Positions 44,112 to 56,774 of a stretch of 64,000 nt of DNA are shown in pieces. This DNA is from Yuukianura sp. NJ FZ-2021 (lineage: Eukaryota). The notes beneath the pieces are model-generated. The model was not told where the DNA came from, searched no databases, and saw only the letters and a program-made list of their open reading frames with translations. The stretch lies in NCBI GenBank assembly GCA_046563655.1, contig CM102286.1, forward strand, positions 62,001 through 126,000, given 5' to 3'. The number at the start of each line of letters is the position of its first letter. The stretch's first letter is position 1. Made by a program: the position numbers and the translations under genes.

Positions 44112-47100
44112 GTTGAAGTGATGGTTGGGAGATGCAGAAGCTGAATCTTGGTTAGAGTGGGGAGACGGTCGCTTTTTATAGGATTTTTGTGTGTTTGGAA
44201 GTCAAGGAAGCGTTGCCTCCATTGTCACACTTCTACCGACTTGGCCAAGAGGCAAATCCAAATGCACTACTAGGGCGCCACAACAACAGTTGCATCACCT
44301 CCAACAACATTTTACCAAATTCCAAGATCTTCTTTACAAAAGTGTTCTAAAAGAACTATTTTGTGGAGTTTCCTTCGGAGGTTGTTTGTTTGTGATGAGT
44401 TTGTGTTTTGGTGGTTTGTGGACCGCGAAGGAGGAAATGTCTTTGTGTTTGGATGAGTTGCATTTTCCAATTCCATTTCATGCTAAAATGTTTACATCAT
44501 CTGGACCGAGGTTATTTGGTGGTTTGAGCGTGGAAATTAAGTTGATAAGTTTCGTGAGGATCTTGATCCAATTGGAGGTTTGACGCAACTGATCGTGAGG
44601 CCCCCTCCTCCCTCCCCAGTCACGGTTCGGAGGTTTTGAAATGAAGATTTAACTGCAGTGGGTTCGTGGGACGGAATTAGCCACTTAATTTCCCAATTTG
44701 TCCAATTTAACACGAATTTTCACTCCTGTTTCCTCAGGCACCCAACCACGCAGTTGAGCAAAAACTCTTTTCAAAAAGTGTTTCAATTTGGAGGAGTGGA
44801 AAGCGAAAGTGAAAGTGGTCATTATGAAATGCAGTTGTGTGGAGCGATAGTTGGGATTAGATAAGTGGATTATATAAAAGTTGATTTTGGCAACCAATCT
44901 TAAAGTTAACTCTTAAAATCTTAGTCCAAATGATCTTTCATCTGCAATTAAGTCCAAATGGCAAGTGGAAGTCATCAGTTCTAGTCGTTAGGCTTTCATT
45001 CACATTTAGATCCTTATCTTTTCAACTATTTGTCCAAACTTGTAAAGTTACAAATTTGAGATGACAAGAGAGTTGGAGACTCTTATTCCGTTGACTGTGT
45101 TGTTGCAAGGGTTAGAGGGTCCTTTGGAATGTTAGTGTGAGAGATGAGTCTGTAAGATGGCGTTGTCATGGTAGCCACTTCTGTCACATCTCATCTCACT
45201 TCCATGATGAAATTGAAGGGAAGTGTACCTTGAAATTTGGTCCTTGCAAAAAGTAGGTGACAATTTATACACAGTTTCTCAAATTGAAATTGGTGTGGTT
45301 TAGTGAAGGTGGTTTGATTGAGCGTGTGTTTTTTCCCTTTGGATGTTGATTTGTGGTGTTCTTTCTCTTTTCTCTCTTTCTTTTGCTTCTGCTCCCTTTC
45401 GTTTTTGGTGAGAGAAAAGTGCGGGTAAGAAGGGGGACTTTTGTCAGTTGTGAACCGGGCAGCTGGGAACTTGGACGAGCATCTGCTGCACCACAAATAA
45501 CGAATTCCTATCATTCTTCCTTACTCCAACCAACTCACATACGCCCTCTACACAAAACACTCAAAATAATCACAATGGAACACTCAAAACTACAGTCTCT
45601 CATTTAGGCAGGTAATTCAAACATTCTCAATTCAAATTTTCAATGTCACTCAAAATTTTTACATTGCAGTGGCAATTGAAGTAGGAATTATTGTTAACCG
45701 TTTCGACTTCTTTTTTTTTCAATTCCAGTAGTTTTCTCTTCCTTTTCTGCTCCTAGCTCCGAATTGAATTTTTCAAGTTTAAAAGTATTTTCCCACGGTT
45801 ACTTTGTGTGTTCGTCTGCTAAATAGAGGTGACTTGGGTTGAGTGAAGAGTGGAAAGGTGAAGGGACCCTGTGAGTGGAGATGTTTAAGGGCTCCTCTGT
45901 CGGCAGTTGGCCCTTGGAGGGTGTTTCGTGGCAGATGAATTCCCAGGGCCCCTTCCGGTTCCTTGAAGGGCCCCTCACTTCCTAGTTCTTGTCTCACCCC
46001 ACTTTGAAACCCAATACGGCATTCCTTGCCTTGTCGCGTGGGTGTCGCGTGGCTCTCGTCATTAACCAAATGTCTCTGACCCTTAAGGCTCAGCACAACT
46101 TCACATTTCATTTATCAAATTAAAATTAACATCCCAATAATCCAAGGAAACCACACTTATTTTCGTTTTTGGAATTCGTTTTGAGCGGAATGTGCGCATG
46201 AGTGGAATTTGAGTGCGTATTGAGTGGAGTGTGGGAGTTGGTTCAGCTGCTCACCGACCAACATTTGATTCCCACAATTACCCTCTGTCTCCCAATTCTC
46301 ATTTTTGAGTCTCCTTTCTGTGCTTGATGGAGGTAGAGTGAAAGTGTGTTGTTTAATTTGTGGGATGATGAGGGTATTTGGAATGTGGGTTTGAGTGATT
46401 GGATGAGTGTGTGGGTCCAAGTAAGATAAAGTGGAGGATTCTGTAAGGGAGATTAAAAAGAAAGTGCACAAAGTTCACTCCTGGCAGTTCCACCATAATT
46501 CACTCATGCTGGTCTCACATCCACCTAATTCCCCCCAAAACAGAGATTCCTCAGCTCAAAACAAAACTGAGATGATGTGTAGGTTTAATTAAGCATTGCT
46601 AACCTTGTTACTAATTCATTTGGTGAAGGAGATGACGTTGTTTTTAGGAATGGTATGAATGTAACTCAAGGAGTGTTTTATTTAATTGTTGATTGAGTGT
46701 TTGGATTATGTGACCAGACTTTGGCCCAATTCCACCAACACCTTTCCATTCCGTCCTAATTGTCCTTGCTTCACATTTCCACACCACTTGTCAATTCCAC
46801 ATCAATCACACATTCCGCTAAAACTCTCCACTCTTATTTGTCCACAATTGCGGAGGGAAAGTAGACTTTTGTGGAGATGGTGGAATGTTGATGTTTGGTG
46901 GAAGTATAATTGTGGTGGATGGAGTGTTATCGAAGGAAGCAGGCATTCCATGTGTGAGTGTGATAGTTGCATAAATGTGGTGAGAGAGATAAGTGAAGAA
47001 AGTGAAAGTGATCCCCTTCCTGTCACATTCACATGGAAATCCAATTACAAGTCCTTATATGCTAATGTCCCAACACCTTCACCTTCCAATCTCTTCACTT

Positions 47101-47851
47101 AAGTTGAGAAGGTGAGGTCATTCCTCTTCCTTGTGTGTTCCACTCCCGTGGGGAAAGTGAGAAGAAACAGAAAGCGGAAGTGGAGAATTCCAGATGCACT
47201 TTGGCTCAAAATAGCCACTTCCCCCACGCTCTGCATTTGTCTCTGTCCAGCCTCTCAACCCTTCCCTCTTCCCAGTCCAAGGGACCACACCCCTTTTCTC
47301 TAATTGTCAACTTAAGGGCCCTGCGCCCTTCAAATACACACTCCATTCACAAACATCTGGGCAAACACAGGGAGCACCTTGGATTTTTATCACTCCTATT
47401 ATTCGAATACTCTTTAAAATCACCTCTAAAATAACATTTCTTCTTCTCTTTTACCCTTTTCGGCGTTTTAAAACTGGTTTTCTATTCATTGTTTTATTAA
47501 CGTCGGTTTTAATTGTTTGGGTGAAAATGTTGGATTTCATTTGGTGTTGTGAATGAGTGTTGTTAATCGAGTGAATGAGAGTGGTGTTAATCGAGTGTAA
47601 CGTGAGTGGAGGGTAGTGTTTTGTGTAACCTCTGTGTGTTTTGCCATATGGTTCTGTGCCTATTGAGCCAGTTCTGCACGAGCAACTCTCCCAGACAGAC
47701 GCTCACAGTTCCTGAGTCCAGCATCCCACCAGGAACTTCCTTCTTGTGCTAAATCCTTCCAATGTAAATTGTGTAGTTTAGAGTTGAAAGTGACCTTGGA
47801 GGGGCATGAAGGTCAAGAGTCATGAAAAGTCGTCTCCTTTTGCAGGGGTCA

Positions 47852-50800
47852 ATGGAGGGGAAAGTGATCAAGGAAGAAGTGTCTCCCACCAACTCTCCTC
47901 AAACTGCATCTCCGAACTGTAACCAAGCCAACCAACCGCCCTCGGGCAAAGAGAACAGGAGACATCTCTCCTCTCCTCTTAATCCAGACCTCTCCAGACC
48001 AACAACCAAAGGTCAGCACAATTCTCTAACTTTCACTTTTACTTTTACTACATTTCCTAACATTTTTAGTTGAGCTCTGTAAGTAAAGGGAACTTGAGTA
48101 TTTGTACACATGGATTCCTTATGTATTTTCCGAATGTGGGGAAACGATAAGAATCTCCAAATGTTAACTCTTTTAGGGAAAAGCGTAAAGGGCGCATCTT
48201 TTTACAGTTTCTCTTTGTCTCTGTTGTCATTTGTAGCATTTCCATTTGTGTTAGTTGCACAAATAAGAGATTTATGTGGGGTGGCAGAATGTGTGCACAT
48301 GGCTATTCACTCATTTCTCGGATTGAGATGTGGAAGAGTAAGATTGAGGTGTTTTTGGGCATGGAGGAATGGGAGGGAGTGGATGTGTATTTTTGTGTAG
48401 TGAAGTGTGGAGTTTAGAAATAGTCTGTGCCAGATGTGATCCAAACAAAGATAGTTCTGGTGAAAGCGACACAGCTCTTTTTTGCAACATGCTCAACTTG
48501 TGCTGAATGTGGCTCACCAGCTGGAATCTCCATCTGCTTTATATTCAAATCCAACCAGATCCAACATCCGCCAATAAACGCCCTCTCACACTCCAACTAA
48601 AACACTTCCATCTTCACTCATCTCTAACTTAGTTGATTTGTGAGTGACCTTAAGGGTGTGACCCTGCTCAAGTGAGGACTTGGTCCACTTTTTAGCCCAA
48701 CCACTGTACTTTTTTTGAATTAAGGCAGCTGCCGTTCTATTGTGTAGACACGGGTGGTTTGGTTCCATTTCCAGAAGACACAAAGCCAAAGTGTGCCAAC
48801 TGCTTACCTTCCACATTCAGCTGCTCTCCCCATCAAAGTCCCGCTTTTCACACTCACCCAAACACCTTTCACCCTACACTTCAACAGCCAAACTCTATTC
48901 CAACTGTTCTCTTTTTAAATTCCAAATTGTGGAGGATGGGAGAGTAATAAATGGAGGTTGGTTTTGGGGGGATTTGTGTGGTGAGAGATGCGAGTGCATA
49001 ATTTGAGGTTTGTGTTGGTGTGTGATAGGAGTTGGTTAAGACAGGGCGTGATCAAGTCGTAAAGTAGGGGCTCAACTCCACTTTCTCACACTTTCTCCAA
49101 GGCAACACAGCATTTGAATGGACTCACGCTCTTAATCATCACTTCTCTGCCCAACTGGGCTCTATCACTTCTTTTCCACTGGACTCAAGGAGAAAGTTGG
49201 GAGGAGACAGGAGGTGGCTGTCACTTGCATGCTCTCTCCCGCAGACTGAGAGTGGAATGTCCAAAACACTCCAATCAACAACTTCAACCACACACTGTCT
49301 CCACAAACAACAACTTTTACTTCTCTCTTTGTAAATCTCAATACTTTCAGTTCCAAGTGGATTTGCATAGTTTGTAGAGTTGTGTTGGCAGAGGTGGTGC
49401 ATAATGTGATAATTTGGCCCATGTCGTGTAGAAATGAATGTGACTGGGTGTGTGTGACAGGTCCTGAGAGCCTCTCTCCTGTCCAACGCACCCTACAGCC
49501 TCACTTCCACCTAAAGAAAAGAGAAAGGAGCTCGCAACTGCTGGTGCTCCACCTGCTCCACCAGAGTCCCACCACACCCACCACCCACAGCCAAACGACC
49601 AACAGCCACACTCAAACACTTTCTCTCTTTCTCTTTTACAATTTATTCCATCCTCACTCCTTTCCTCTCAATTGGGCCATTTACCAGCAGCAGTTGACAA
49701 TTTTTAAGTTTTGGACTTTGTTTGAGAGTTTGAGTTTTGAGTGTGGGTGAAAAGTGTTTTGGAATGTGGTTGAGCTGTTGTTGGAGAAAGTGGTTGGAAC
49801 AAGAGACCCTTGTCACTTCCATGCTCCATTCACACTTAAATCAACACTTTCCCAAAGAAAGACTTCTCCAAATTAAAATTCCCACATGATTGACTTTCCT
49901 AAGTTGTGGTCGGAATTGGAAGGAATTCAAATTCCCTCTTTTCAAACCACTCCTTTCAAAGAAAACACAACTTCCAGCGTCTTTTGAGCAAGTCTTAGAA
50001 TTGGTGGAACTGGATTTAGTGTTGAGAGTGTGGATGATGGAGTTGGTGTGAACATGAGGATGAACGTGTTTTGAGCCTCAATTTGTGCCGAATGGCCAGA
50101 GTGGAGGCTGCATGGTTCTTTCTCGGCTGCCATCAGAATTATGAGGGAAGAAGGAGCGTCACCTGCGTCGTTTCTCACGGTGTCTCCACCGCCCTGGCTA
50201 CCTGGTGGCAACACCTCTCCACTTTCACCAACACTTTTCACTTACACCTTACAAATTTTGAGTCTGAGTTTAGTTTTTAAAAGTTGTTTTTTGGGTGATT
50301 GGATTTGGTGGAGTGTTGGATTTGTGTTGGACAATTTGTGAATTGTGTTTTGCCGAGGGCTGTTGTTTGGTCATTAATATTTGTGGGAGTTTTGGGAGAG
50401 AGGCCCAGCAGCTGTGCCATCAACATTAGTCTCTCACACGCTTCCACTTTCTCCATCCAACACAAGAGAAAACTCCAAAAATCACAAAAGAAACTTCAAC
50501 TTTTCATTTTGGCTCAATTTTTGTTTCGTGAATTTTATGAAAAGGAGTGTAAATGTAGTATTTAGGTTGTAGTTTTGGGTGAGTGTAGGTGTGAAATGAA
50601 GAGGCCATGTGATGTAAATTCTTGTGAGTGTTAGTTTAGTTGTCAGTGCTTGCCTTGTTTTTGAAGAATTGGAAGGCAGCTGTTCAGATGTCGCTTTATC
50701 CAAAACTTCTTTATTAATTAATTGTGGAAAAGCATTTGGGGTGCATGTAGTTTCTGGATTTCACTCTCTCTCAACCTTCCTCCGAAACTTGAAGCGAAAC

Positions 50801-53800
50801 AGTTGTGTGAGGAAACTTGCGAAACTTTAAAATGCCAAGTTCTCTTTTTCCAAGGGATTTTGGAAAGGTGAAGTATGTTTTGTTGTGAATTTCATTTTTG
50901 GATTGGTGTTTCTATTGTTGGGGATTGGATGTGTTTTTGTGAGAAGAGAAAGTGAGGGTTGTGTGAGCGGGTGAAAGCGGGGAATTTGAAAGTGGAAGAA
51001 TGGACACAGAAGGTTCCTCTCCCACGACCATCTCTCCCCTTTCTCCACGAGATATACGCCAATCAACACAAATACTCCACTTTCTCCATCAAAAAACACA
51101 GCCTCACTCTCAAATAACCCTCACTTTTAAATATTCTAACAAAATATTAAATTGTTGTTAGAATATTTATTACTTTCGCAAATTTTCATCTTTTCCATTG
51201 ATTAGTAGATTGGTTGCAAAATGGTTGATGACATGAGAAGACCTTGGAGAGTGGATGCCAATTAGTTGATTGCCCAATCTCCAATTCCTTCACCTGTCCA
51301 CATTATGCATTCACAACTGAACGAAATGTTGCCACCCAAATGTGGCAACAATTCATAAGCAGTTGCCCAACTCCTCCTCCTTCCAAAATGCTTTCACCAC
51401 CAGATCAAGTCATAATCAATTTGAAACTGGTCCTTTTACTTTGAGAGGCGGATGACCCCGGGCAGAAAGTTCAACTCCTGTCCATCTCATTTCTTGACTT
51501 TCCTTTGTACGCGTGATGGACAAGAGTGACAACTTGACACTTGATCTCCTGCATCATGAAACCAACTCCAATGGCAGCTCACTTTCTTTTCACTTTCTAA
51601 TTAAAACATCAAAGAAAGTCAAAAATTGTGCTTTCTTTTAAATTCGGCTTGGCTCCAGGGCCTCTCCATCTTTCAATTCAACTTTCCAAATACATTTCCC
51701 TTTTTTAAGTTTTGAGTAAGTTTTGTGCCTTGTGTTGAGGAAATGGGAGTGAAAGTTGGAGAGAAGTGGAGTGGAGTATGTGTCATGGGCAGAGGACATT
51801 TCCAACTTATTTTGGATGTCTGGAGATGACGAGAGCCTGGATATGTCCCCACCAGACACTTTCCAGCACAAGGGCCAATCTCCCTCCCACAGCAGTCTCC
51901 AGTGACCTCTGACCTCTTCATTTCCAGTTCCTCCCATTCCAAACACTGTTCTGTTTGTGGAATTTGAGCAAGAGGCGTGGTAGTTGTACATTATTTTGAG
52001 ACTGAGGTGTGGAATGTGGAGGCGGAAGTGAAGGGAGCCTGAATCTATTTTGGGTCATGTGAATGATGCCACATGGTCCCACCCTCCCCAAGTCAACTCC
52101 AACTAAAGTCCACGACTTAAGTCCAGCATTGTCCAGTGACCATGAGTAGGAATTATGCATGAGACGGAAGTCTAATTGTGTCCATGTTGTGTGTGGAAAG
52201 TGTGAGGGTGTGTGTTGTTGTGATTGTGGAGAAAGTGAAATGGATTCTGGGCACAAGAAAGCAGCTGGATCCATGGAAACATATGTGACCTCTACTTTCC
52301 AACCAAAATTCTAAATCAATCCACTTCAAAAATTACACTTTTCTTACTTTCCAAAAACAGGACTAGTTTTGGACAAATCGCATACTAAATTTTGAATAAC
52401 TTGCATTAAATATAAATTGTGTTAACTTGCATTTGTTGGATGTGTTGTGTTAAGAATGTTCGGTTTGGAAGATGGAGATGGAGAGGTTAATGTGTAGTTT
52501 CAATTGGATTAGGCATCTCTATTCATTTTCCTGTTTTTTACTCCATGAGAGGTGAGTTTCTAAATTGCAGAGGCCTTGGCATGGAAAAATTAATTACAGC
52601 CACCTAAACTCCACCAGATGCTTTCTCCCCACCCACTCTCAACTTTCTATTATACATAGAATTACTTTATGTTTGTTTGTTTGTAGGTGGGGCCAAAGAC
52701 TCCCACCACCGAATGACTCAGAGCCCAAACATGGTGGCAACTGGATCTCTCTCACTCGCCGGTGGGTCCACTTCTCAACACTCACCCACCAACCCACCCA
52801 CCAAGACTTTCCATGGCAACAAACCCTTGGGCCAGACATTCTCTTCCCCTCTCTCCACTCCCACCAACAATGGCCCCACCAGAATCTCATCTCCAGCACC
52901 CTCACCCACCGCATCCACCACTCCAACTCACAATTCAACCAAAACATCTTCCGCATCAGCTTCCAACTCTGCAGCAGTCGCTACAAGTGAGTCCCACTTT
53001 ACAACTAAACATTGAAAAGAGACTAAATCATTATTACGCTGTTTTAAAATTTGAAATGTGAACGCAGAGTCAGAGCAAGTGGGTTCAAGCACGTCGAGAC
53101 TCATTGTGAAGATGAAACGATTCCTAGGGACGCTGCTCCACTTTGGGTGCGACATTTCACCTGAAGTGGGCGACAGAGTCAGAAGTCTCGTCTTCAACCT
53201 CGTCGTAAGTCCCATCAACACTCTTTTGTAGAATGTAGGTTTGAAGTTGACCTTTGACCTTTAGAGTGGTCACTTGACGATCGAGGACTTTCACCACTCG
53301 CTCCAGGAAGTCACTTCCTTCCCTCTCCGTCCCTTTGTCATCCCCTTCCTCAAGGCCCATCTCCCTCTGCTCCAGAGGGAAGTCTCTCATTTGGCACGAA
53401 TCTCCAAACAGGTACCACTTTCAAAATTTCAAATCAAAATCCAAATTAACAATTTGAAATACAACTATAGTAGTCAATTCCATTCTTTTTGTAGTCTCCT
53501 CTGAGTTTTGTGCGGACTCATGAGCAGGTCATAGTTGAATCTGGGTCTTCTCCCGGAGAACCCTGCGACATCTTCCACTCAGAAGCAGGCGAATCTCTCA
53601 TCGGCACAAATCCAAAGAGAAAAAGTGAAAGGTCAGTCAAATACTTTCATTTCATTCAACCTTACTACAAAATACTCCCAAATCCAAAAAGAAACACGAA
53701 CATCTTTTAAAAACGACTTTGATCTCTTAGAATTTTTGTAGAAGTGAAAGTGGAGAAAGATATGATTTTGGTTTTGTAGGAAGTATTTTGTGATTGATTG

Positions 53801-55720
53801 TGAGAGTTGGTGGGGCGAGGTGGAGCAGTTGGTGGGTGTCGTTTGTGCTGTTCCACTTTGTTTGAAATGTGATTTGGCCCAACTGTGTCCAAATGGCGCC
53901 AAATGAGATCCACCATCTGCTCCACTTTCTTTCTAATGGAAAATGGAAAGTTCGCAGAGGCTGCCACAACCAGCTTTCTCCTCTCCACTCCAACTTCCCA
54001 CGACTCTCTACCCAAACACATTACCAACACTCACATACCAAAACTACTGCGCAAGTATCCAACACTTACACAAACTACTACCAAATTATACTTTTATGTA
54101 TGCTCACATGTCAATGATTTAACTTTAATTGAATTCCAGTTAGCATTTTACAGTTTGGATTTACAAAAGTTAAAGTTTTCTAAAATGTTTTTCAGTTTGT
54201 ACGAGAATGGAGAGGGGGGCAGTGAGCAAGGCTATTCTTCCACTCCGAAGCGATTCAACGGCGGAACCCTCTTCTCTCCACCCTTCTTCCTCTCCAACAT
54301 CGGTGGGTCCTCGGCCCCACTTGGCCCACCCAGTTCCACCACTCTTGGTCCAGATTTGAGAGACTACTACTCTTCTGCAGTGGGCTACCATCTACTCGCT
54401 TCTCAGTTCCACTCTCTTCCGCCAGAGGGCCAGTCTTCACACCCAGTCACTTCCACCCCACTTCCTACCCCTTCCAACGGAATCGGGGGTGGGGCCAAAA
54501 GTGGGGCAGATGAAGAGTGGCGCAACATCCACGTCATGCTCAACTGCATCCTCAGCATGGTGGACAAAACCAAAAGGGCTTTGACGATCCTGCAGACGAG
54601 AACTTTCCACAACGATAGTTCGGAGAGCAGTGGTGGGTCTTCGGGATCTTCTTCAGGATCTTCGTGGCTCCGTCGTCCTGGTGGTGGGTTTGGATCTGTG
54701 GATACTTCTGAGGAGTTCAAGCGACATGCTGGGGAAGTGATGGCCCAAGCACTCAGAGTTACTGAAGACAGGGTGGCTGAAGTGAAAAGAAGGGCGGGTA
54801 GGCTACATTTGCATTTGAAGTTGGATTGGGTGGGGCGTGGGAAGGTGGGCAACTGCTGTGCCTGGAGACAGAGTGGAAATGGTGTTTGGTGGACCAATCC
54901 TTTATCGCTACATTCCAGACATCATCTCTCCTCTGGAGAAAACTTCCCTAATCCCCACTTTCCCCCAATCTCCATGAACCACCACTTTCACCATCTCTCT
55001 TTCCCACAACCCACCACCTAATTACTCAACATATAAAGCATATAAAATTATATTTATTATATTATTTTATATATTATATTATTATATTATTTTATAATTC
55101 TGTTTCTTCAACAGAGGATGCAGTGTTGGAGGTGAAGAGACAAGCTGTAGCCGAAGTACAGCGAGCAGTGGCAGCAGCTGAAGCGAGAGCCTACGAGAGT
55201 TTCCACAGAGCCAAACTAGAGCGAGCTGTCATCGACTTGAGAAGGAGAGACAACACTGACTCCTTCCCACCCCCAGACCCAGAAGTAACTATTATTTTAT
55301 TATTAATAATTAATATTTATTAATATATTAATATTAATTAATCTAATTAATGTTCTGTTCCTGTAGACTTGCTGGAATTGTGGGAGGAAGGCCCACGAGA
55401 CGTGCAGTGGTTGCAACACAGCGCGCTACTGCTCCTCCTTCTGCCAGCACAAAGGTAACTATCCACTCACTGTTCGTGTGCATTGGTGACCTTTGACCTT
55501 CGTTTCAGATTGGGAGCAGCATCACACTAACTGCGGACCAAGGACTCACTCCTCCGCTCCCCTTTCCGATCGCGGTGATCGGAGCTCAGCTAGCGGAAGT
55601 CAAAAGGAGTCAATGAGCCACCATGTCCACCAAGGGCCCCCTTCCGACAACAGCAACTCTCCCATCAATGTCAGTCACCCTTCTCCCGACAACAGATCTT
55701 CAGGCTCAAGGTCAAACTGA
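47852..55720 (+). CDS. nvy: nervy / CBFA2T (MTG/ETO) corepressor
   Basis: N-terminal MEGKVIKEE exon (47852-48011). TAFH/NHR1 ([28 protein letters not shown]...[21 protein letters not shown]), NHR2 ([24 protein letters not shown]), NHR3 ([18 protein letters not shown]) and MYND finger ([34 protein letters not shown]). Confidence 0.95.
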
Positions 55721-56459
55721 GCTCATCCTTAGTGTTTCAACTTTTAAATTACAAAATAATCAGTTGAGAAAGCCAAGGCGGGAGAAGTGCGTTGGGAGTT
55801 TGAATTTGAAATGTGGGGTATCCTTTAGGATATAGGCTCCTTGTGTATCCATGGCGATAAGGATAATAATTAGATAATAGACTCATGCAGAAGAGTACAA
55901 GGAAGAGAGGGCAGACTCAAGTCAACTGTTTTCTACATTGCTACTCTCGTGTGCTAACCTCAGTTTTAGACTTAAGGGTCCTTGCTAATCTTACTTAGCG
56001 TTTGTCAAGGTCACTCTCCAGTGTTTTCTAGTCTTGATAACTGTAAACTTTTAGTCTGTCTTCGGCTTCAACCCATCCGGTAGTCTTCGCTCCAAACGAC
56101 TTCAGTAAGTCTCTCCAATCCCTAAATAGCATTACTTTATTCTTTATTGTTGATTATTCTCAGAATTGGTACAATTAAACCCTGGCGTACAATTTCTGTT
56201 GACCTCCAGGGTTAGCATCCTGTGGCAATGCATTTGTCGTTTCTACGACGTTTTTGAACGGAAGGACTTGGGAATATGAAGAAATATGAAATGGAACACA
56301 TTCTTAGTGACATTCCTTTTTATGGGGGCGTAGTGCGGGACTGGGAATCGATTCGGTCGGAATCCTTTCCTAGGAATCTGTTCTAGTTGCCCAAGTTCCC
56401 ATGTCCTTCCGTCCAAAAGTTCCATTTTCGTTATTAATTAGTTGACGTAATCTAAGGAA

Positions 56460-56774
56460 ATGTACCGTCCGCTAGACGAATCGAGCCCCGTCGGAGATGG
56501 ATGCGTCTGCCACAGATCCAAGGAGGCGGAGGTTCTGTGCATCAATTGTGGCGGCGTTTTGAATAACGTCCGCAAACGACTCTTTTGTCCGCGTCATCCT
56601 TTCGTACGTCCACTAACTCCACTTTTCATCGCTACTCTCTTTTCACTGAGACCTGGTTCGTGACATTTTGTGAATGTATTTCAGGTCCTGTTTTATTCTG
56701 ACCTGACGGGATGCCCTCGATGTCATGCTCCCATTGACAGTTTGTTGAGTGTTCACAAAGCTAAAGGCCAGTGA
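56460..56774 (+). CDS. Small Cys-rich protein resembling the arthropod CG13380-like family
   Basis: Two exons (56460-56603, 56685-56774): CVCHR...LCINCGG...VRKRLFCPRHPFVLFYSDLTGCPRC. The family was recognised from memory of the Cys pattern. Confidence 0.7.

Noticed and set aside
44191..52560. Many 60-140 aa ORFs upstream of and within the nervy introns
   Set aside because: No domain similarity, mostly non-ATG starts and intron-like composition. Only the 47852-48011 exon is supported.
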